In this document: positions 27,448-35,627 of the stretch, one piece after another
Layout: each line of letters opens with the position of its first letter
Numbering within the stretch: the first letter of the stretch is position 1
Source of the DNA: an uncultured Thermoanaerobaculia bacterium
GTDB taxonomy: Bacteria > Acidobacteriota > Thermoanaerobaculia > Multivoradales > J023
NCBI GenBank assembly: GCA_964565225.1
Contig: CAZMEL010000008.1
Coordinates: 1,876-65,875 of the forward strand
DNA: 64,000 nucleotides
Direction: 5' to 3'
Notes under the pieces: model-generated
Told to the model about the DNA's origin: nothing
Database searches by the model: none
The model's input: only the letters and a program-made list of their open reading frames with translations
Position numbers and translations under genes: made by a program

Positions 27448-28080
27448 ATGCCAGAGCCCACCTCCAGCGAACCGCGATACTTCAAGAGTGGAATTCCCGA
27501 AGGGCGATCGGGAAGCTGGAGAATCGAGACTTTCGAGGTCGAGCCCGTGCCGGCCGGGGCCGATCCCGACATCCCCGATTGGATGCTCTCACCTCCCGGG
27601 CGCTATACGCGGCTGAAAGACGACCACGTCGTCTTCATGACCGATCTGTACTACGAGTGGTACACCCAGAAGATCGCCATGCAGCAGGCACTGCGCCGCG
27701 GCGGGCATGTGTTGATCAGCGGCCTGGGCCTGGGAATGGTGGTGGAATCCATCCTCCGCGCTCCCGACGGCCCGGTCGAGAAAATCACCGTGCTCGAGCT
27801 CTCGGCCGACGTCATGACGCTCTGCGGCTCGTACCTCGAGCGGCAATTCTCCGATCGCCTCGAGATCCTGCAGGCCGACGTCTATGCGTGGCAGCCCCCA
27901 GCCGGCCAGCATTATTCCGTGGTCTGGCACGACATCTGGCCCAATCCCCAGGCTCCGGAGGTCGAAGGCGAGATGATCCGGCTCGAAGAACGCTACGGCC
28001 ACCGGTGCAACTGGCACGGCAGCTGGCCACAGGAATACCTGTGGCTCTCCGAAAACGAGCCCTGGAACCGCGACGGCTGA
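27448..28080 (+). CDS. Small class I SAM-dependent methyltransferase-like / spermidine-synthase-like protein
   Basis: Motif I VLISGLGLGMVVE, post-I acidic ITVLELS, motif II LQADVYAW; 210 aa, no signal peptide. Confidence 0.6.
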   Translation: MPEPTSSEPRYFKSGIPEGRSGSWRIETFEVEPVPAGADPDIPDWMLSPPGRYTRLKDDHVVFMTDLYYEWYTQKIAMQQALRRGGHVLISGLGLGMVVESILRAPDGPVEKITVLELSADVMTLCGSYLERQFSDRLEILQADVYAWQPPAGQHYSVVWHDIWPNPQAPEVEGEMIRLEERYGHRCNWHGSWPQEYLWLSENEPWNRDG

Positions 28081-28221
28081 GAGGGTCGGCTCCGGGGCCG
28101 AGCCCCACGCCGGCTCTCCGCGTCCGATAGGACGCTTTTCACAACGAGGGATTTCAGCCCCTCGATTCGCCCCTCGATTCGTTGGCCTCGAGGGGCTCTT
28201 TCCTCGAACGAGGCCCCGAGC

Positions 28222-31200
28222 CTACGGGATCACGATCACCGGCAGGGTCGGCGCCGTACCCACCGCGGTGATGGTGCCCTGGGTCGGGACCGCCGGGGGA
28301 TCCGTGGCGGGATTGCTGCCGCCACCGGTATTGCCGTTGTCGTCGACGATGGTCGCCGCTACGTTCGAGGCCGACGCTCCGCGGAAGAGGTTGAAGGTGC
28401 CGTTGAACTGCTTCAGGCTGTAGCCCTCGGGCGCCGTGTTGTTCAACAGGTGCAGATCGATCCGGTTGCCGCCATTGTCGGCCTGGACCTCCACTTCGAT
28501 CGAGCGCCGCCGATCCGCCGGGGTGAACACGATGTCGTGCTGCGGCAGATCCTCGTTGCGGACCGTGAGATCGAGGGATCCACCGGCCAATACGTTCACC
28601 AGGAACGGATTGAAGGGTGACTGCGAGGGCCCCCCGAGGTCGTCGGTGGCGCTGCCCACCATGCCGTCGATGAAGGTGTTGTTCTCGAACAGCACCGCGG
28701 CACTGTTGTTGCCGTCGGCCCGGATCTGCACCGGCGCATCCCAGGGCAGCTGGAAGGTATTGCCACTCACCCGGACCTGGGAGTCTCCGCCGTTGAGGCC
28801 CAGGGAGAGCTGCCCCAGGCCACCCGCGGCCCGCATGACCTGGTCGAAGAGATTGTTCGACACGATGCCGTCGAGGGTTCCGTCTCCCGACGCCAGGGCC
28901 ACTCCTCCCTGCGGGAAGTTGAAAACGAAATTGCCAGGGGGCTGCTGCGGGGTGGTGTGGTCGGTGACCCGGAAGGTGTTGTGCGAGATCACGGTGTCGA
29001 TATCGCCGGTGTGCGGGCTCATTCCACCTTCCTGTCCCAGCACCACGATCGAGGCCGTGAAGTTGTTGAGGAAGAAGTTGCCGAGAGCGGCGCTCGATTC
29101 CGCCGGGTCACCGATCCGCACGACCATGTCGTGGGAGCCGCTGGCCGTGAAGTCGAGCCCCCGGCGCCCCACGTTGGGCGTCGGGCCGCTGTTGAACTCC
29201 TTGTAGAGGTCTTCGAACCGGCTGCGCTGCACCGTGATGTCGAGCGTTCCGGCACCGGCCGGGCTGCCGAGCAGGATCGCTCCGGCACCGAGATGGAAGC
29301 GACTGTTGTCCACCCGCACGATGCCGGTCATGCCGATGATCCGGACCATCGACTCGTCGCCGTCGTCGCCACGGTTCGCCACGTGGAACCGGTTGGTGTT
29401 CTCGAGCAGGCTATTGCGGATCTCGAGCCCGTTGAAGCTGGTGGCGGAAATGCCGTCGGCGAAGATCGAGCCGTTGATCGCGTTGTCGCTCACCCGGCGG
29501 ATGGTGACGCTGTCGAGGGTGAGGCCTCCGGTGAAGCTCTGGGCATGGATGCCGTCGCGAGCGCTGCGGGTGCCGATGGCGTCGCCACCGTCGCCCGAAT
29601 CACCGATGTCCTCGATGATCATGTTCTGCAGGTGCACCCGCCCCCCCACGGTATCGATGGTCACGGCGTCCACGTCCGTGAAGTTCTCCAGTGTGCCGCC
29701 GCTGCCGTTGCCGCCGAATATGCCGATAGGGCTGGTCGAGCCATCACCGGTGACCCGGAAGTCGCCGATCGCGCCGGTGGTGGCGAGAATGATGCCGACG
29801 TCGTCGGAAACCGGCGAAGCCTGATCGACCGAGATCGAGCGGAAGGTCACGTGACCAACACCGATGGTGGTGCCATCGATCCGGACCGCGGTGGTCTCGA
29901 GCGGCGAGTCGGCACCGATCTCGTTGCTCACCGCTGCTCCTGCCGCACAGTCGATGGTGGCACATACGTTCACCGTACCGGCATTCAGCGCCCGGAAGGC
30001 ACTGGTGCCGCCGGTATCGAGATCGAGCCCACCACGGAAGGTGGTGGCTCCGGCAGCGAAATTCTGCAGCAGGATGCCGCTGCCCTCGTCGTCGATCAGG
30101 CCGCCGAAGACCACTTCGCCACCGGTTCGACGTTCCACCCGCACCGAGCTCGCCACCGTGTTGGTGATCGTCCCGAGGTAGGTGATCGGGTTGCCGCCGC
30201 CGCTGCCTACCGTGTTGGTGCCCACCTGGAACGCATTGCCCGACACTCCGGTGATCGACGAGGTGTTGTCGAACAAGAAGGTCGAGGTGGAATTGCGGAT
30301 CTCCACACCGTTGGCTGCAAAGTCTGGATTTGCCACGTTCGACACCGTGATCGGGGTCTCGAGGCTGCCGCCGCCGACCCCGTCGAAGATCAGGGCCGGG
30401 TTGCTCTCCCCGGTGTTGTCGACCTGCAGGGAGCTGAAGCGGTTGCTGCCCGCCACGAGATCGGTGTTGATCCAGCAGACTCCCGTACCCCCGACCACAT
30501 CGAGGGTATTGCCCGCGCCGAGCAGACCGATCACCCCGCCGTTGCTGGCAAAGAAGGCCGTCGAAGCGGCCAGGCTCTTGGAGCCGTCGGGATCCTTGGG
30601 ACCGAAGAGCCCTCCTCCGAGGTCGACGGTGAGGTCGAGGTCGCCGAACATCTTGGTTCCGGGACTGTCGACGAAGCTCACCGCGGTGCCCGCGCCCGCC
30701 GAGACGCCGACACTCGTGAACGTGGCGTCGACCGTGGTGCCGTTCACCACGATGGCGCGACCGGTGGTGGCGTCGACGGTGTTGGTGCCGCTGGTGGCGG
30801 TCACGTTGCCTCCGCCGGTGACGTTGAAGGCGGTGCCGGAGGTGGTGTCGAGGTCGAATCCACCCGTAAACATTACATTGGCGCCGCCGTTGCTCGTAAG
30901 GGTGACCGCGTCGTTGGCACCGGTCGCCAGGTTGAGACCGCCCGAGAAGCGCAGTGTTCCGGCGGCATTGCCGCTCACCAACACGCCGGTGCCGGTGTTG
31001 GCGGCGAGGTCTCCGATCACCCCAGAGAAGGTGACGTTGCCCGCTCCCCCGGGCCGGCTCTCGACCACCACCGAGCGACCGGCGGTGTTGTCGATGGTGC
31101 CGGCATATGTGACGCCGACCGTACCGCCGTCGATATGGAAGGCGGTGGTCGCGTCGTTGCTGTTGATGTTGCCGCTCTGGATGATCACCGTTCCGACGAG

Positions 31201-34200
31201 GTCCGCCAGCCGGACACCGGCTCCCGCCCCGCTGGACGTGACGTTGGTGAAGGTCGTGCTCACCACGGCCGGATCCATGTCGAGGGCCAGGCCGGCCGTG
31301 GTCGAGACCGTGCCGGCGTTGATGGTGAGCCCGAAGTCGGCGGGAAGCGATGTCGCATTGTTCAGCACGAGGCCGGTGCCGCCGTTGTTGAAGATGTCGA
31401 GTTGGTCGAAATCGATGGAGCCCAGCACATCGACCAGGACCAGACCGTCGCCCTGGACCTCGTTGCCGCCGCCGGCCGCGCCGATCGCCGTGTTTCCGCT
31501 GAGCACGGTCTGGTTGCCGACCGTACCGGCATCGGAGTCGAAGATCGTCGATTCCACGAAGATGCCGGAGCCATCGTTGTTGCTCCCCACGGTGTTCCCG
31601 GCGAGCTGGCGGACGGTCAGGACTCCGGCTCCGCCCTCTCCACCGACCAGCGCCAACCCGGCACCGGCGCCGCCCGTCGACTCGTGGTCGTTCCGGTTGT
31701 AGACCAGATCGAGGTTTCCGTCCGTGGCGAGGATCGCCGTCGCGTCGCTGGCCGCGGCAAAGGAGCTGTCCTCCACCGTCAACAAGGCGCTGCCGGTGCT
31801 GTCCTGATCCACCCGCAAGCCGGAGAAGACTCCGGACGTACCGGCGTTGCTGTTGCGGATCGTGGCGCCGACACTGTTGGCACCCGAGCTGAGCACGTGG
31901 ATCCCGTGACCACCGACGGCCTGGACCGTGAGATCCCGGATCTCGACTCCGGCGACGTCGCTCACCGTGACACCGTTGCCGGCGCCATGACCGATGACCG
32001 GCTGATCGGTGGCGGGCACGCCGGTCGAGGCCGGCGGGTTCGGGGTCTGGATCACCACTCCACCGATCGTCGTGGTGGCGGTGGCATGGCCGAGCAGAAC
32101 CTGGTCGGTCTTGAGGGTGATCCCCAGGTTCTGGTTCGCGGTGGTGCCATCGCCCTCGAAGACGAAGATGTGCTCGTCGACCGCCGAGACGGCCTCGGCA
32201 TCGTCCATCATCGCGTCGGCGTCGCTCAGCTCATCGAGCGGATCCGACGAGCGCCCATCGCCCCCGGCGGGATTGAGGATCTCGCCCGCGGCGTCGTTGT
32301 GCACGAACCACACCAGCTCGTCGACGATGGTGATCGTCACCGTCGCCGTGGTGGTGTCGGTGCCGTCGCTGACGGTGTAGGTGAAGGTGTCGGCCACGCC
32401 CCGCAGGTTGAGCGGCGGCAGGTAGACGAAGCTGCCGTCGGCCTCGAGCACCACGTTGCCATCACCCATGGGCGCCATGGCCGAGTCACCGGTCAGCGGC
32501 GGGGATCCGAGGGTGCCGTTGAGGCCGACCACGGTGAGGGGCGAGCCCTCCTCTCCGTCGCTGTCGTTGTCGAGCACACCCGCGGCGACCTCGACCCGAG
32601 CGAGGCTCGTGGGCACCGCGCCACCCGCGGCGATCTCCACGTGACCCACCGTGGTGTAGGCGTCGGCCCCGGCGCTGGGCGGCTCGTTGTCGTCGGCCAC
32701 GTTCACCGTGGCGGTATCACTGCCCGGATCACTGCCGTCGGTCACCGTGAACATCACCGTACGGACGGCGTTCGACGGATCCACCAGGTCGGTATTGCGA
32801 TACGTCACGGTGCGCAGAACCGCCTGGTAGTCGGCCGGTGAAGCGTTGCCGGTGAGGGTGAGCACTCCGGTGCCTCCGTTGTAGAGGCTGGTGATGCCGA
32901 GCATGTCGGTCGCCGCGAGCACGTCTTCCGCGGCATCGAAGCCAGCGGTGATCGCCACCGTGCCGCCGGTGAGGGTGGCACTGTCGGGATCGACGACCGT
33001 CAGGGCGCCGTCGATCACCGAGGCGGGATCGGCCTCGGTATAGCCGAGGATGCCGCCGGCAGTGACCATCGGACCGTCGTTCACCGCCACAACCGATACG
33101 GTCGAGGTGGCCGTGTTGCTGGGTCCCGTGCCGTCGTTGGCGACGATCTCGACCTCTCGGAGCGGCAGCTCCGAAGGATCATCGGACGTGTTCTCGTAGG
33201 TCACCGACTGCAGCACCGCCTGGAAGTTGGCGACGGTATCGGGCCCGGTGAGACTGAGCACCGGAGCGACGTAGGACGCGACGATGCTCGTGCCGCCGGT
33301 GGCCGCAGCGAGGATCTCCTCGCCGGCATCGGTGAGATTGGTGATCGTCACCTGGGCAGAGTCGAGATTGATGTCGTTGGCGTCACTCACCGTGATGGTG
33401 GAAGCGACCGCCACCGGGCCGGCATCTTCGGTGAAGGTGGCGAGGAAGCTGGCCGGGGCCAGCACCGGCGCGGCATTGATCACCAGGATCGTCACCTGGC
33501 CATCGACGGTTTGGGGTACGGCATCACCATCGGAGAGGGTGTAACCGAAGGCGTCGACACCGAGGAATCCGGCGGGAGGCGTGTAGTCGAAGGTGCCGTC
33601 GGCATCGACGGTGACATTCGGCACGTCGCTCTGGAGACTCTGGGTATCGGCAGCGCTGACCGTCAGGGTGCCGGCCTCGGGATCGGGATCGATGTCGTTG
33701 CCCAGCAGACCCATGGCGGGGTCGCTGATCGAGAGCACCGTGTCGAGAATGGTCGAGTAGCCGTCGGGGCCGGCGATCGGGGTGCTGCGCACCGCGCCGC
33801 TGAGCGTCGTGTTGGGGTCGATCATGTCGCTGAGGTCGACACCCAACGCCTCGGCGCCATCGTTGGTGATGGTGATCCGGTAGCGGATCGAGCTGCCCGG
33901 GGTCACCGGGGTGTCCCCGATGCCGGTACCGGTGCCGGGGTCGAGGTCGTCTTTCTCCGCCACCAGGGCTGGCGGAATGACCGTGATCCCGTTCAGGGTA
34001 CCCGACGTGTTGGTGGCCCGAAGGCGCACGACCACGGCCCCTACCGAGGAGAAGTCGGCTCCGCCGGAGCTGCCGACGTCCTCGAAGTCGGAGAACGAGA
34101 GAATCAGGTCGCCGCCGGTGCCCGCCACGGCGGCGGCGCGAGAGACGTTCCCGGCATCGGTGTAGACCTCGGTGAGGATCTCGAAGGCCCCGGAGACCAT

Positions 34201-34662
34201 GCCGAAGGAGAGCAGGAAACCGCTGTTGAGCCCGCCGTCGGTCAGATCGAGACCGCCGAGGCCATCGGGATCGAGGGCGATGCTCGCATCGGCGCCGTCC
34301 CAGAACAGGGCGACCTCGCCCCGGGTGCTCTCCGGAATGTCGATGTCGATCGCTCCTCCGCTCACCGCGGCGCTGACCGGAGGTCCGCCCACCAGGTCGC
34401 CGCCCACCGGGAAAGCGATCCGCTCTACCCGGACATCGCGCTCGGTGCCGATCATGTTCGCGGCCGCCCCTTCGGTGGTGAAGACCTCGCGCGTCGGAGG
34501 GGCTTCCTGGAGCGCCATGTCATCGGCGAACGCATCGATGGTCACCTCGGCTCCGGTGGCGGGCCACGCCGCCAGGAGGCCGAGCGCCAGCAGAGCCGCG
34601 GGGAGAGTCCCTTTCCCGGCCAGCACCCTCTTCTCCATCTCGATCGTTCCTCGGTGTTGCAT
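28222..34662 (-). CDS. Giant secreted surface protein (~2146 aa): N-terminal cadherin-like/VCBS-type repeats followed by long right-handed beta-helix repeats
   Basis: Start ATG 34662 overlapping the upstream stop (TGATG); signal peptide MQHRGTIEMEKRVLAGKGTLPAALLALGLLAAWPATGA. Repeats with ...FQAVLQSVTYENTSDDPS / ...YQAVLRTVTYRNTD (cadherin-like). Then hundreds of G/T/N/V/S-rich beta-helix rungs (NNTF, GNT, VxNSxF). Confidence 0.8.
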   Translation of the reverse strand: MQHRGTIEMEKRVLAGKGTLPAALLALGLLAAWPATGAEVTIDAFADDMALQEAPPTREVFTTEGAAANMIGTERDVRVERIAFPVGGDLVGGPPVSAAVSGGAIDIDIPESTRGEVALFWDGADASIALDPDGLGGLDLTDGGLNSGFLLSFGMVSGAFEILTEVYTDAGNVSRAAAVAGTGGDLILSFSDFEDVGSSGGADFSSVGAVVVRLRATNTSGTLNGITVIPPALVAEKDDLDPGTGTGIGDTPVTPGSSIRYRITITNDGAEALGVDLSDMIDPNTTLSGAVRSTPIAGPDGYSTILDTVLSISDPAMGLLGNDIDPDPEAGTLTVSAADTQSLQSDVPNVTVDADGTFDYTPPAGFLGVDAFGYTLSDGDAVPQTVDGQVTILVINAAPVLAPASFLATFTEDAGPVAVASTITVSDANDINLDSAQVTITNLTDAGEEILAAATGGTSIVASYVAPVLSLTGPDTVANFQAVLQSVTYENTSDDPSELPLREVEIVANDGTGPSNTATSTVSVVAVNDGPMVTAGGILGYTEADPASVIDGALTVVDPDSATLTGGTVAITAGFDAAEDVLAATDMLGITSLYNGGTGVLTLTGNASPADYQAVLRTVTYRNTDLVDPSNAVRTVMFTVTDGSDPGSDTATVNVADDNEPPSAGADAYTTVGHVEIAAGGAVPTSLARVEVAAGVLDNDSDGEEGSPLTVVGLNGTLGSPPLTGDSAMAPMGDGNVVLEADGSFVYLPPLNLRGVADTFTYTVSDGTDTTTATVTITIVDELVWFVHNDAAGEILNPAGGDGRSSDPLDELSDADAMMDDAEAVSAVDEHIFVFEGDGTTANQNLGITLKTDQVLLGHATATTTIGGVVIQTPNPPASTGVPATDQPVIGHGAGNGVTVSDVAGVEIRDLTVQAVGGHGIHVLSSGANSVGATIRNSNAGTSGVFSGLRVDQDSTGSALLTVEDSSFAAASDATAILATDGNLDLVYNRNDHESTGGAGAGLALVGGEGGAGVLTVRQLAGNTVGSNNDGSGIFVESTIFDSDAGTVGNQTVLSGNTAIGAAGGGNEVQGDGLVLVDVLGSIDFDQLDIFNNGGTGLVLNNATSLPADFGLTINAGTVSTTAGLALDMDPAVVSTTFTNVTSSGAGAGVRLADLVGTVIIQSGNINSNDATTAFHIDGGTVGVTYAGTIDNTAGRSVVVESRPGGAGNVTFSGVIGDLAANTGTGVLVSGNAAGTLRFSGGLNLATGANDAVTLTSNGGANVMFTGGFDLDTTSGTAFNVTGGGNVTATSGTNTVDATTGRAIVVNGTTVDATFTSVGVSAGAGTAVSFVDSPGTKMFGDLDLTVDLGGGLFGPKDPDGSKSLAASTAFFASNGGVIGLLGAGNTLDVVGGTGVCWINTDLVAGSNRFSSLQVDNTGESNPALIFDGVGGGSLETPITVSNVANPDFAANGVEIRNSTSTFLFDNTSSITGVSGNAFQVGTNTVGSGGGNPITYLGTITNTVASSVRVERRTGGEVVFGGLIDDEGSGILLQNFAAGATTFRGGLDLDTGGTSAFRALNAGTVNVCATIDCAAGAAVSNEIGADSPLETTAVRIDGTTIGVGHVTFRSISVDQASPVSDDVGIILATTGAIGDFRVTGDGSTSPIGIFGGNGSGGTLENFTDVDAVTIDTVGGRVHLQNMIIEDIGDSGDGGDAIGTRSARDGIHAQSFTGGLTLDSVTIRRVSDNAINGSIFADGISATSFNGLEIRNSLLENTNRFHVANRGDDGDESMVRIIGMTGIVRVDNSRFHLGAGAILLGSPAGAGTLDITVQRSRFEDLYKEFNSGPTPNVGRRGLDFTASGSHDMVVRIGDPAESSAALGNFFLNNFTASIVVLGQEGGMSPHTGDIDTVISHNTFRVTDHTTPQQPPGNFVFNFPQGGVALASGDGTLDGIVSNNLFDQVMRAAGGLGQLSLGLNGGDSQVRVSGNTFQLPWDAPVQIRADGNNSAAVLFENNTFIDGMVGSATDDLGGPSQSPFNPFLVNVLAGGSLDLTVRNEDLPQHDIVFTPADRRRSIEVEVQADNGGNRIDLHLLNNTAPEGYSLKQFNGTFNLFRGASASNVAATIVDDNGNTGGGSNPATDPPAVPTQGTITAVGTAPTLPVIVIP

Positions 34663-35492
34663 CAGCACGTCTCCCTACCCGACTCCGAAACCGACCGGCG
34701 GACCCTCGCCTCGGCTCGGCGGCGGCGCGCCAGGGCGGTCGCCCCGGCCAGGGCCAGCAGCGCCGTGAGAAGGGCCAGGCCCGCGGCGTCGAGACTCGGG
34801 ATCTCGATCGCCGACAAGGTGTTGCCGAATCCCCGGATCATCCAGTTGCCGGCGATATTTCCATCGAGCACCACCACCGCCACGTCGGCCGGCAGATCGG
34901 GTACCTCCGGGGGATCCCCGGTCCACAGGGCCAGCCAGGATCGGCTCTGGCTCATCGAGGTGTCGAGCGCGGCCGGCAACGTATCGGGCGGATCGATGCC
35001 GGTCTGGTAGTAGCGATTGATCACGCCGATCAGCACTTCTCCTCCGGCGGAGATCGAGAGCGGCGGGCTCACCGGGTAGCGCGAGAAGGTTTCCCCGTCG
35101 ACCACCTGCACCGTCTCGTCGATCCGCTGCAGCAGCTCGGCGCCGTTGGTCGGGTCGCCGTCGGTGTCGCGGTAGACCACCAGCTGGATCGTGTCTCCGG
35201 CCTGCACGTCCTGGCCGCCGGGAAAGAGCACCTGGATCTCCGCCAGCGAAAAACCCGGGCCCGGCGGGACGGCGAACTGGTTGAACCACAGGAACTGTCG
35301 CGACGAGGCGTCGACCAGCCCGAAGACACCTTCCGCCGTGTTGTCGTCGAGGATCAGCTCGACCGGAAAATCTCCGCCACCTCCCCCGAGACCTTCCAGC
35401 ACCGGCTCGACCGGAGCCAGCTCGAACCGCTCCGAATCCGGGAGCTGAGCAAAGGCGGACGCGGCGGCGAGGAGCCACACGATCAGGATCAT
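34662..35492 (-). CDS. Secreted protein with C-terminal IPTL/PEP-CTERM-like sorting signal (IPSL + TM helix + RRRR)
   Basis: Start MILIVWLLAAASAFAQ (signal peptide). C-terminus IEIPSLDAAGLALLTALLALAGATALARRRRAE... matches the motif-TM-basic-cluster architecture, though the tail after RRRR is longer than usual. Confidence 0.6.
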   Translation of the reverse strand: MILIVWLLAAASAFAQLPDSERFELAPVEPVLEGLGGGGGDFPVELILDDNTAEGVFGLVDASSRQFLWFNQFAVPPGPGFSLAEIQVLFPGGQDVQAGDTIQLVVYRDTDGDPTNGAELLQRIDETVQVVDGETFSRYPVSPPLSISAGGEVLIGVINRYYQTGIDPPDTLPAALDTSMSQSRSWLALWTGDPPEVPDLPADVAVVVLDGNIAGNWMIRGFGNTLSAIEIPSLDAAGLALLTALLALAGATALARRRRAEARVRRSVSESGRETC

Positions 35493-35627
35493 CGAGCTTC
35501 TCCACCTGGGAGTTTCCCGGAACTGGCAACACATGACGGGCTCTCCTGCCGTTCCACGGCGCCGGGCCGGGAACTCTCCGAGGGTTGCGGTGCGAACGCG
35601 ATGGTTTGAGGAAGCCACGAATCGCTC

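Noticed and set aside
28150-28220. Possible CRISPR-like or REP element suggested by the tandem 12-mer CCCCTCGATTCG x2
   Set aside because: Only two copies, no spacers and no cas genes. Better explained as part of a convergent terminator or palindromic region.
28957-35010. Very long + strand ORFs (28957-32841, 30182-31702, 33511-35010) across the giant gene
   Set aside because: Antisense or alternative frames of the repetitive beta-helix gene. Repeats of G/T/V codons give open frames on the opposite strand. No start context, and the amino-acid composition is implausible.
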